A DNA stretch of 58,732 nt from Spirochaetaceae bacterium (lineage in GTDB: Bacteria > Spirochaetota > Spirochaetia > DSM-27196 > SLST01): positions 1-58,732 of the forward strand of contig SKQU01000259.1 in assembly GCA_007118855.1 (NCBI GenBank). The letters run 5' to 3'. Positions 45,667 through 54,223 of this stretch are shown one piece after another (position 1 is the stretch's first letter; each line of letters begins with the position of its first letter). The notes beneath the pieces are model-generated. The model did not search any database. It was not told the DNA's origin and was given only the letters and a program-made list of their open reading frames with translations. Both the position numbers and the translations under genes were made by a program.

Positions 45667-47394
45667 CTACTCGACCGACGAGGTATTCATCGAACGGAGG
45701 AAGGCGTCGTTCGTCTTCGTCTTGTTCATCCGGTCCATCAGCAGTTCGATGATCTCCACGTCATCCATCGGGTTGATGACCTTCCTGAGGATCCACATCT
45801 TCTGAAGCTCCTCCTCGGTCAACAAGAGGTCCTCACGCCGTGTCCCGGACTTCTTGATGTTGATAGCCGGGAACAGTCGTCGGTCACTGAGCCGACGGTC
45901 GAGGTTGATCTCCATGTTGCCGGTCCCCTTGAACTCCTCGAAGATCACCTCGTCCATGCGGCTGCCCGTCTCCACGAGTGCGGTCGCGACGATCGTGAGG
46001 CTCCCGCCGTCCTCGATATTCCGGGCGGCGCCGAAGAACCGCTTGGGTTTGTGCAGCGCATTCGAGTCCACACCACCGGAGAGGATCTTCCCGGACGTCG
46101 GAACCGTCTGGTTGTATGCCCGCGCGAGCCTCGTGATCGAGTCGAGCAGGATGACCACATCTTTTCTGTGCTCAACGAGTCGCCGCGCCTTTTCGAGCAC
46201 CATCTCGGCGACCTGCACGTGACGCGTCGCCTGCTCATCAAAGGTCGACGATATGACTTCCGCGTCGACGTTGCGCTCCATATCGGTGACCTCTTCCGGC
46301 CGCTCGTCGATCAGGAGCACGATGAGGTAGACTTCCGGCTGGTTCTCCGTGATCGCGTTCGCAATCTTCTGCAGAATGATCGTCTTCCCCGTCCTCGGAG
46401 GCGAGACGATCAGCCCCCGCTGTCCCTTCCCGATCGGGCAGAAGAGGTTGATCATCCGGGTTGCCGGATCACCGGCTCGGGTTTCCATGTTGAGCCGTTC
46501 ATCGGGGTAGAGCGGAGTCAGGTTCTCGAAGGGGATTCTGCTCTGGGCGACCGACGGGCTGTCAAAGTTGACCGTTTCGACCCTGAGCATCGCGAAGAAC
46601 CGCTCGCCCTCCTTGGGAGGACGGATCTGACCGTATACCGTGTCACCGGTCTTCAGCCCGAACAGGCGTATCTGGCTCGGAGAGATGTAGATGTCGTCAG
46701 GCCCGGAAAGATAGGAGTTCTGCGGGCTTCTCAGGAAGCCGTAACCGTCGGGCAGAATTTCGAGCGAACCGTACGCGTAGATGGTACCGTTGCGCTCGGT
46801 GTGCGCCTTGAGAATCGCGAAGATCACTTCCTGCTTCTTGAGCGCAAGCAGGTTCTCCTGGCTGATACCCAACCGTGTCGCGATCCCCCGCAGGTCACGC
46901 ATGTTCATGCGGGTGAGCTCATTGATGCTCAGCGACTTGTCGCTGCCGTTCTTGCCGTGATCACGACCGACGTAGTCGTTCTGAGGCCGGGAAACCGGCT
47001 CATTCGTCGGCGAATCGTCACGCCGGTTTCCCCGGTTCGAGCGTCTGCGCTTTCCGCCGGAAGCCCCGCGCGAACGCTCCTCCGAACTGCTCTCATCTGC
47101 GCGGGCCGCGTCGTTCTCATCAGGAGTCGCGTCCGCGCCGGGTTCGGACGAGTGCTCCTCGACCGAATCGGGTGCTCCGGCGGATGAATCGCCGTCCGAA
47201 CGATCGTCGGAATCCTGATCCTTGAGCAGCTGCACGCGGACGTTCTTCTTCCGGGCGACGATCTTCCGGCCGGTGCCCTTCGAGGGCTTCTCGGAATCGC
47301 CGTTCTTGCTCGTGTCGCTCCCGCCGGTCTCTTCGTTCGACACGTTTTCGTCGGAATCCAGTCCAAGCGAAGGGTGGTCGTCTGAGGGTGTCAC
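45667..47394 (-). CDS. rho: transcription termination factor Rho with low-complexity N-terminal extension
   Basis: Motifs [44 protein letters not shown]. Start chosen at GTG 47394 (SD GGAG); alternatives are 47406 and 47499. Confidence 0.96.
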   Translation of the reverse strand: MTPSDDHPSLGLDSDENVSNEETGGSDTSKNGDSEKPSKGTGRKIVARKKNVRVQLLKDQDSDDRSDGDSSAGAPDSVEEHSSEPGADATPDENDAARADESSSEERSRGASGGKRRRSNRGNRRDDSPTNEPVSRPQNDYVGRDHGKNGSDKSLSINELTRMNMRDLRGIATRLGISQENLLALKKQEVIFAILKAHTERNGTIYAYGSLEILPDGYGFLRSPQNSYLSGPDDIYISPSQIRLFGLKTGDTVYGQIRPPKEGERFFAMLRVETVNFDSPSVAQSRIPFENLTPLYPDERLNMETRAGDPATRMINLFCPIGKGQRGLIVSPPRTGKTIILQKIANAITENQPEVYLIVLLIDERPEEVTDMERNVDAEVISSTFDEQATRHVQVAEMVLEKARRLVEHRKDVVILLDSITRLARAYNQTVPTSGKILSGGVDSNALHKPKRFFGAARNIEDGGSLTIVATALVETGSRMDEVIFEEFKGTGNMEINLDRRLSDRRLFPAINIKKSGTRREDLLLTEEELQKMWILRKVINPMDDVEIIELLMDRMNKTKTNDAFLRSMNTSSVE

Positions 47395-47537
47395 TGAATA
47401 CTCCATCGTAAGGTCATCGGGGTGGTCTCCTCGTCGCCTGCACCGGCGATTGAGATCCGAATTGAAGCGCCCGAAAGCGATTGCAGTCCTCGCTTTCATG
47501 GTGACTGGTAATACGGAAACCTGAGGCAGATACCAGA

Positions 47538-47566
47538 AATATAGTCAGCGCACCTCAGGCTGTCAA
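47538..47566 (-). promoter_or_regulatory. sigma70 promoter of rho
   Basis: TTGACA-17 bp-TATATT. Confidence 0.75.
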
Positions 47567-48099
47567 CCCGGACCGGACAAGGCCCGTGCCGCGAGTACGT
47601 GCCCAATGAGCCGGAGGCTCTCCTGAACCGCCATCATCCGCACGCTCCGCCGGTTCCCGGAGAACCGGAAGCTCCGACACACCGGCGCCGTCCAACCGGT
47701 CACGCAGCAGATCCAGACCGTGCCGACGGGCTTTTCCTCGGTGCCTCCGTCCGGTCCGGCAATGCCGGACACCGACAGCCCCACCTCGGCACCGCTGCGA
47801 CGGCGTACGCCCTCCGCCATCTCGACTGCGACGGGCTCGCTGACCGCGCCGTGCGCCTCCAACGTCTCGCGCAGGACCCCAAGCATCGAAACTTTTGCCT
47901 CGTTCGAGTACGAGACGACCGATCCCCAGAACACCGCCGAGCTTCCCGGAATATCCGTGATCCTCGCGCCGAGCAGGCCGCCGGTGCAGCTCTCGGCGAG
48001 CGCGATGCGGCACCCCCTGTCCCGGGCATCCCGGACGACAAGCTCGGCCAGGGCCTCACCGCGCACCTTTGTCGGCGCTACCGAAGAGTCATCGACCAC
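47563..48099 (-). CDS. CinA C-terminal domain protein (NMN deamidase, PncC-like)
   Basis: Motifs AESCTGG, YSNEAK, GAVS, SGIAGPDGG, KPVGTV. Start is approximate. Confidence 0.92.
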   Translation of the reverse strand: MVDDSSVAPTKVRGEALAELVVRDARDRGCRIALAESCTGGLLGARITDIPGSSAVFWGSVVSYSNEAKVSMLGVLRETLEAHGAVSEPVAVEMAEGVRRRSGAEVGLSVSGIAGPDGGTEEKPVGTVWICCVTGWTAPVCRSFRFSGNRRSVRMMAVQESLRLIGHVLAARALSGPG

Positions 48100-48112
48100 C
48101 GTTCCGCGGCGA

Positions 48113-48535
48113 TCACGCTCTCTGGACAGACTCGCGCACCTGGTCGATCGGGGCGGCGAAAACGTCAAGCTGATCCGCATCGCGGATCATCTCACACTTG
48201 CCCTCGAACACCACGCCGTCGGCGACCCGGAACCTGGCGGTTCGCACGTTGCCGTAGATCCGGCCGGTCTCAAGGATCTCCAGCCGATGCGTCGCCTCGA
48301 TATTGCCGTGTACCGTTCCGGCGACGATGATATCGCGGGCCTTGATGTCGGCCCGAATCTCAGCACCGTCACGGATATACAGGTAGCCCTCGGCGATGAT
48401 CTTCCCCTCGAACTTGCCGGAGATCTCCACACTCTCACGGAATCGCAGCGTACCGCGCAGCGCGGTATCCGTCCCGAGCCGTGTCAGGATCCGCGGCGTC
48501 TCGCTCGCCTCGGGTCGTCGTGACGCGCGCGCCAT
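48113..48535 (-). CDS. bactofilin (polymer-forming cytoskeletal protein)
   Basis: Beta-helix repeats ISGKFEGKI, VAGTVHGNI, GRIYGNV, GVVFEG. Confidence 0.9.
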   Translation of the reverse strand: MARASRRPEASETPRILTRLGTDTALRGTLRFRESVEISGKFEGKIIAEGYLYIRDGAEIRADIKARDIIVAGTVHGNIEATHRLEILETGRIYGNVRTARFRVADGVVFEGKCEMIRDADQLDVFAAPIDQVRESVQRA

Positions 48536-49273
48536 CTATGCATTCCCCCCGCCGATCGCATCGGCATTCGCCTTCAGATTCCGCAGGTGCTGCTCGTACT
48601 TCTCCTCCAGGTCGTCGAGCGTTACCTCACCCTCGCGGATTTCGTCTCCCCGCCGTTTCAGGTCGCGGATCTCGTGCTCAAGGCCCTCGAGCGTCGCGAG
48701 CGTCTGGGTCACCTCCTGCTGAGCGAGCTTCACGAAGCTCTCCACGGAATCGGAATCACGGGAGTCGAGGGAGGCGGCCGCCTCGCGGATGTGCAGCATC
48801 GGTTCCTTCAGATGACGGGTGAAGTACACAAGACTGTTGTTCAGCGACTCGATCAGGGCAATCCGTCGTTCGCGCTTGACGACCTGCTGGCTCAACTCAT
48901 GGTTGCGCAACACCGCCTTGATTCTGGCAAGCACCTCCGAGAAGTTGAACGGCTTGGTGATATAGTCTTCCACACCGAGCTCGAACCCTTCTATCTTGTC
49001 CTTCACGTCATCCATGGCGGAGAACATGATAATCGGGATCCCCGCGTATTCGGCATACTGCTCATCCTGCTTGAGGATCCTGGTTACATCCCAGCCGGAG
49101 AGCTTCGGCATGATGTTGTCCAGGACAATCAGGTCCGGATCATGCTCCCGCACCGCAAAGAGCGCTTCCTCGCCGTCGGACGCTCTGGCAACTTCAAAAC
49201 CCAACTTGGTGAGCATGACCTCGAAGAAATCAAGGTTGATCTGCTCATCGTCTACGATCAGGATCTTCGACAT
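48536..49273 (-). CDS. response regulator (receiver domain plus coiled-coil output)
   Basis: Motifs LIVDD, LDNIMP, GFELG, YITKPF; helical C-terminus without HTH or GGDEF. Confidence 0.9.
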   Translation of the reverse strand: MSKILIVDDEQINLDFFEVMLTKLGFEVARASDGEEALFAVREHDPDLIVLDNIMPKLSGWDVTRILKQDEQYAEYAGIPIIMFSAMDDVKDKIEGFELGVEDYITKPFNFSEVLARIKAVLRNHELSQQVVKRERRIALIESLNNSLVYFTRHLKEPMLHIREAAASLDSRDSDSVESFVKLAQQEVTQTLATLEGLEHEIRDLKRRGDEIREGEVTLDDLEEKYEQHLRNLKANADAIGGGNA

Positions 49274-49306
49274 CTCTCGCCTCGTCTTTGGTCTCCCGAC
49301 ATTCTG

Positions 49307-50950
49307 TCAGTCAGACCGCTCGCTGTCAAAGCCCTGAGAGCGTTTTCGGCGGAGAATCGCGACGGCAGTCGCCCCGACCAGGCCCGAAACCGCAACGGCT
49401 ACCATGACCCACGCAAACCAGTCGCCCCATTCGAGATAGAGGGTCCACTCTTCAGCCGAGACAGGCACATCGCCTATGAGGTACCCCTCGACGAAGGGCG
49501 GATAGATGGCGGTTATGCGGCCGTTCGGATTGATGATCGTCGTCATCCCGCCGTTCGTGCTGCGGACCACGCTGCGCCGCGTTTCGGTCGCCCGGAACAC
49601 GGCCATCTGCATGTGCTGCATCGACGCCGCGACGCTCTTTGACCACAGATCATTGGTCAGATTCACGATCACCTCAGCGCCGTTGCGGACGAACTCCCGG
49701 GAGATGTACCCAAAGGTATCCTCGAAACAGATGGGTGTGGAGAACCTGACACCGTCGAGCTCGAAGACCGTGTACTCCTGCCCCGTACCCCAGTGATTGG
49801 TGCCATGCTCGATCAGCAGATCGTGCAGCCAGGGAAGCTGGCGACGATAGGGGAAATGCTCGGTAAACGGCACGAGGTGGGTCTTGCGGTACGGATCGCT
49901 GAACTCGCCGTCTTCGTGGACAATGACGGCGTTATAATCGACGCGCTCGAGCTCACCGCGCTCGTTCCGCAACAGACGGGCGCTCGAATTGCCGATGATG
50001 TAGGGAACCTCCTGGGTGTCGAGAAACCGAAGAAGCTGCTCGACGAGCTCGTAGGAGTCGCGACTCGTCCGATGCCGGAAGTGGAAGTCGATCGGGGGCA
50101 CGACCGAGGTCTCCGACCATACGACGACCTCGACGTCCGGGTCTTCAGCCAGCGCCTCGCGGCTCAGCCGGGTCGAGATGTCGAGCGACCGCTGGTAAGC
50201 CGCCTGCCCGCCCACCCACGGATCCGAGTTCTGTTGTATCAGGGCAACACGCCACGTCCGCGCATCCGAGTAGTCCACGCGTGTTGCCAGACCGTACCCG
50301 ATCGCGGCGAGAAAACAGAGGGCCCAGGCCACCGGCGCGACCCGGTTCCGCGACACGAAGTCGCGAAACCCGTCGAAGCCCTCTTTGAGCGCATTTCCGA
50401 TGTAGACGCCCGGAAAGGCTACCAGTAGGCTGACTCCCCATACGCCGGTCAGACTTGCAAGCCCGACCAGCGGCAGGAAGAGATACTGGGTGTACCCGAT
50501 GATGCCGTACGAGTAGCCGAGGAAGCCCTGCGTCCTGAGGTACTCGTAGGCGAGCCAGATGACAATCTGCAGCAGATACCCGTAGCGCGGCATCACGGTG
50601 TCGGCGAGCTTGAGCAGCGGAAAGACGATAAGAAAGTAGGTTGCGTAGATCAGCGGGACGGCGATCAGCGCGAGCGGGTGAAAGCCCGTCAGCCAGTAGT
50701 TGTGAAGCGCATAAGTCGCAAGACCGTAGAGGAAGCCGTAGAAGAAGATCTCCGCCCAGTTGGCCCGGTGCACGAGCACGAATACGGGGACCAGGGCGAT
50801 GTAGGCGAGGGGAAACCAGCCCCAGGTCGAGAGGAAACTGGGGAACGAGAGCGAGAATATCAGCGCTCCGAGCACAACGAGTCCCACGTTGACTGCGAGC
50901 CTGGTCATGAAACGCTCATCGAGAGAGATTGTTCGTTTCGACTGATTCAC
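49307..50950 (-). CDS. lnt: apolipoprotein N-acyltransferase, copy 2
   Basis: Multiple TMs; motifs WSET, KTHLVPFTE, ICFED, NLTND. Confidence 0.93.
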   Translation of the reverse strand: MNQSKRTISLDERFMTRLAVNVGLVVLGALIFSLSFPSFLSTWGWFPLAYIALVPVFVLVHRANWAEIFFYGFLYGLATYALHNYWLTGFHPLALIAVPLIYATYFLIVFPLLKLADTVMPRYGYLLQIVIWLAYEYLRTQGFLGYSYGIIGYTQYLFLPLVGLASLTGVWGVSLLVAFPGVYIGNALKEGFDGFRDFVSRNRVAPVAWALCFLAAIGYGLATRVDYSDARTWRVALIQQNSDPWVGGQAAYQRSLDISTRLSREALAEDPDVEVVVWSETSVVPPIDFHFRHRTSRDSYELVEQLLRFLDTQEVPYIIGNSSARLLRNERGELERVDYNAVIVHEDGEFSDPYRKTHLVPFTEHFPYRRQLPWLHDLLIEHGTNHWGTGQEYTVFELDGVRFSTPICFEDTFGYISREFVRNGAEVIVNLTNDLWSKSVAASMQHMQMAVFRATETRRSVVRSTNGGMTTIINPNGRITAIYPPFVEGYLIGDVPVSAEEWTLYLEWGDWFAWVMVAVAVSGLVGATAVAILRRKRSQGFDSERSD

Positions 50951-50967
50951 AAACGTCTCCGGACGGA

Positions 50968-51270
50968 CTAGCTGCGCAGGGGCCAGGCCGCCTCCTTGAG
51001 CTCCTTCCCCGGGCGAAACACTACCACGCCATGATCCGGCACGCGCACCGTCTCCCCGGTCTTGGGATTCCGCGCCCGTTCGCGTCCCTTCCGTGTCCGC
51101 ACCTCGAAGGTTCCAAAGCCGCGGAACTCGACCGTCCTGTCAGAGGTCAACGCCGCCTTCACCTCGTCGAAGAAGAAATCGATGATCGCATGGATATCCT
51201 TCTTGCTGACCTTGGTGTCTTCGGAGATGCATTCGACGATCTCGGCCTTGGTGAGCTTGTTTGCGGCCAC
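50968..51270 (-). CDS. HU/IHF family DNA-binding protein (Hbb-like)
   Basis: LTKAEI...VEFRGFGTF...ARNPKTGE...FRPGKEL. Confidence 0.95.
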   Translation of the reverse strand: MAANKLTKAEIVECISEDTKVSKKDIHAIIDFFFDEVKAALTSDRTVEFRGFGTFEVRTRKGRERARNPKTGETVRVPDHGVVVFRPGKELKEAAWPLRS

Positions 51271-51301
51271 AGCATCCTCCTCTGATGGCGGCGCGTAGCC
51301 C

Positions 51302-51565
51302 TCACGACATCGCGTTCAACTTGCGGCTCAGCCGCGACTTGGTGCGGGCTGCGGTATTCCGGTGGTATACGCCCTTGCCGGCTGCGGTGTCGAGCAGGGT
51401 GGTGACCTTCTGGAGCTGAGAGCTCGCCGTCTCCTTGTTCTTCGCCTCGACTGCAACGAGAAACCTGCGAATGCTCGAGCGAACCTGGCTGCGCACCGCA
51501 CGGTTGCGGATTCGCCTTCGCTCACTTTGCCTGTGCCGTTTGGCTGCAGAGCCTTGTTCTGCCAA
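51302..51565 (-). CDS. rpsT: 30S ribosomal protein S20
   Basis: SAAKRHRQS...RN...KGVYHRNTAARTKSRL. TTG start after GGAGG. Confidence 0.96.
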   Translation of the reverse strand: MAEQGSAAKRHRQSERRRIRNRAVRSQVRSSIRRFLVAVEAKNKETASSQLQKVTTLLDTAAGKGVYHRNTAARTKSRLSRKLNAMS

Positions 51566-51619
51566 TGGGTTATGCCTCCATCCTGGGAACTGATACCTAG
51601 TAACTAATGACAGCACCGA

Positions 51620-51648
51620 AAGTTATCAGGTTTCCCCCGCACTGTCAA
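51620..51648 (-). promoter_or_regulatory. sigma70 promoter of rpsT
   Basis: TTGACA-17 bp-TAACTT. Confidence 0.7.
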
Positions 51649-51708
51649 CCCTGACGGCTCTCGTTTTCCCGCTTCCCATCGGTCGGACCTACAGGCTACA
51701 GTAGCCGT

Positions 51709-52455
51709 ATGGGCACCGTGATCATGCTCGCAGCCGTTACAGCGCTGCTCCTCTGGTGGGACGTGAGCCTGAAGGCGATGCAGGCGCTCAGCAGGCCCAT
51801 CGCGCGCCGCCACCTCGATCGGGTCGTATGGAAGATGGCACACGCGCTCCTTTCGCTGGCCAGACACTACGGCGGCCTGACGGTGGAGCTTGACCGGCGC
51901 CTGGTCACGGACGTGCCGTCCCCCACCCTCGTCTGCGCGAACCATCAGAGCGTCGCAGACATCGTGGTGCTCTTCGATGCGCTGCGCGCCCACCGATTAC
52001 GATTCGTCGCCAAGAAGGAACTGGCCCGCGGCTTTCCCGCCGTGTCTGAGGTGCTCAGGATCCAGCGGCACGCGCTCATCAACCGAATGGGTGACTATCG
52101 AAGGGGTTCGCAGGAGCTTCGCCGACTCGGGCGCGAAACGCGCGACGGCGTGTCACCGGTCGTTTTTCCGGAAGGCACACGCTCGCGCACCGGGGAGGTG
52201 TACGAGTTCCGCGCCGGAGGAATCCGGACCATCCTGGGCCAGGCAACCGTGCCGATCACCGCGGTCGCCGTCGATGGCGGGTATAGGATCGCCTCGTTCG
52301 CCGACATCACCCGGGGCCTCTCGTCAATACGGTATCGCGCCCATCTCGTCGGCGTCTTCCACCATGACGGCACGAAGCAAAGCGTCCTGACCGCGATCGG
52401 GCAGGCGGAAGCCGCGGTGCGCGCGCAGGTGGAACGCTGGCGGGCACCGACGTGA
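51709..52455 (+). CDS. plsC: 1-acyl-sn-glycerol-3-phosphate acyltransferase (PlsC family)
   Basis: Motifs NHQSVAD, FVAKKEL, FPEGTRS. Confidence 0.88.
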   Translation: MGTVIMLAAVTALLLWWDVSLKAMQALSRPIARRHLDRVVWKMAHALLSLARHYGGLTVELDRRLVTDVPSPTLVCANHQSVADIVVLFDALRAHRLRFVAKKELARGFPAVSEVLRIQRHALINRMGDYRRGSQELRRLGRETRDGVSPVVFPEGTRSRTGEVYEFRAGGIRTILGQATVPITAVAVDGGYRIASFADITRGLSSIRYRAHLVGVFHHDGTKQSVLTAIGQAEAAVRAQVERWRAPT

Positions 52456-52471
52456 TGCGACAGGTCGATGC

Positions 52472-54223
52472 ATGAAGGAGCTACGAACCCTCTTCCCCTA
52501 CATCCGAAGATACGGCTGGTCCTACTTCTTTGGTGTCCTGTGCCTCGCGCTCACGAGCGGGAGTCAGATCCTGATTCCCCAGTTCCTGCGTGTGGCGGTC
52601 GACCTGATCACCTCCGGGCGGTTCGAGCTCGGCCGGATCGCCGCCCTGATGGCCGGGCTGCTCGGCGTATCGGTCGCCATCGCGGCAGGCAGATTCGGGT
52701 GGCGCTCCTTCATAAACGGATCGGCCATGAAGATCGAGCGCGAACTTCGGGCACGGCTCTTCGACAAGTTCACCGAGTTGCAGCCGAGCTTCTTCAGCCG
52801 CAGCCAGATCGGTGATCTCATGGCGCGTTCCACCAACGACATGAACGCGATCCGCATGGCGGCAAGCATGGCGATCGTCGCGCTCTTCGACGGGCTGTTC
52901 ATGACCGTCGCCATTCTGATCATCCTCTTCGCACAGCAGCCCGGGATCGCTGCGGTCGCGATCATCCCGCTTCCCTTGATCACGATGATGACGCTCTTCC
53001 TCGGGAAGGTCGTCCGCACGATGTTCCGACGCGTACAGGAGGGCTTTTCGGATCTCAGCCATCAGACGCAGGAGATCTTCTCGGGCGTGCGCATCGTCAA
53101 GAGTTTCGTGAAGGAAGGCTACTTCCTCAGCCGGTTCCGGGGGGCCAACGAGGAGTACCAGGCGCGTAACATGCGACTCATCCGCGTCTGGGGGCTCTTC
53201 TTCCCGGTCGTCACCTTCCTCGCCGGCTTGATGACGCTCATCCTGCTCCGGTTCGGGGGTGAGGCGGTCATCACGGGAGGCCTGTCTGCAGGCGAGTTCG
53301 TCGCAACGCTGAGTTACCTCGAGATGCTGATCTGGCCGATGCTCGGGGCGGGGTTCACCGTCAACCTGTTCCAACGCGGCGCAGCCTCGCTCGCACGCGT
53401 GAATGCGATACTCAACGAAGAGCCGGAGATCAGATCGCCGGAACGCCCGGTGGCGACGATGCCGTCTTCTGCGATTTCAATACGGGGGCTCTCATACCTC
53501 TACGACGGCGGCGAGGAGCTTGCCCTGCGCGGCGTCTCGTTCGACGTGCCGGAGGGATCGATTCTCGGAATCCTCGGACGAACCGGGGCAGGCAAATCGA
53601 CGCTGCTTCGCCTGTTGCTGCGCATGCAGAATCCCCCGCGGGGAACAGTGTTCATCGGCGGGGTTGACGTACTCGACTACGATCTGAAAACGCTGCGGTC
53701 GGCCTTCGGGGTGGTGCCGCAGGACACCTTCCTCTTCTCGGACACCATCCGGGCGAACATCGGCTTCGCGCTCGATGAGCCGGATGAGCAGTTCGTCCGC
53801 CACGTTGCGGATGTCTCGACCATTTCGCGGGACATCAGGATCCTGCCCAACGGGTGGGACACGCAGGTCGGCGAGCGCGGAGTCACCCTGAGCGGCGGGC
53901 AGAAGCAGCGAGTCGCGATCAGTCGGGCGCTGGCGAAAGACCCGGCGATCCTCGTCTTCGACGATGCCCTGTCGGCGGTCGACACCGAGACGGAGGAGCT
54001 CATCCTCAGGCAGCTTCTGACCGAGCGTAGAGGTCGCACGAGCATCATCGTCAGCCATCGCGTGAGCACCCTCGCGACGGCGGATCGTATCGCCGTACTC
54101 GATCAGGGCAGGCTGATCCAGTATGGCCCGCATGAGCAGCTCGTGCGGGAAGAGGGCTTCTACCGCGAGATCGCGATGCTGCAGCAACTCGCACAATCAC
54201 GGGCACCGCACGAGAAGGACTGA
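52472..54223 (+). CDS. heterodimeric ABC exporter subunit A (MdlA/YheI-like)
   Basis: TM domain plus NBD (GRTGAGKS, LSGGQKQR, degenerate Walker B FDDALS). Confidence 0.92.
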   Translation: MKELRTLFPYIRRYGWSYFFGVLCLALTSGSQILIPQFLRVAVDLITSGRFELGRIAALMAGLLGVSVAIAAGRFGWRSFINGSAMKIERELRARLFDKFTELQPSFFSRSQIGDLMARSTNDMNAIRMAASMAIVALFDGLFMTVAILIILFAQQPGIAAVAIIPLPLITMMTLFLGKVVRTMFRRVQEGFSDLSHQTQEIFSGVRIVKSFVKEGYFLSRFRGANEEYQARNMRLIRVWGLFFPVVTFLAGLMTLILLRFGGEAVITGGLSAGEFVATLSYLEMLIWPMLGAGFTVNLFQRGAASLARVNAILNEEPEIRSPERPVATMPSSAISIRGLSYLYDGGEELALRGVSFDVPEGSILGILGRTGAGKSTLLRLLLRMQNPPRGTVFIGGVDVLDYDLKTLRSAFGVVPQDTFLFSDTIRANIGFALDEPDEQFVRHVADVSTISRDIRILPNGWDTQVGERGVTLSGGQKQRVAISRALAKDPAILVFDDALSAVDTETEELILRQLLTERRGRTSIIVSHRVSTLATADRIAVLDQGRLIQYGPHEQLVREEGFYREIAMLQQLAQSRAPHEKD

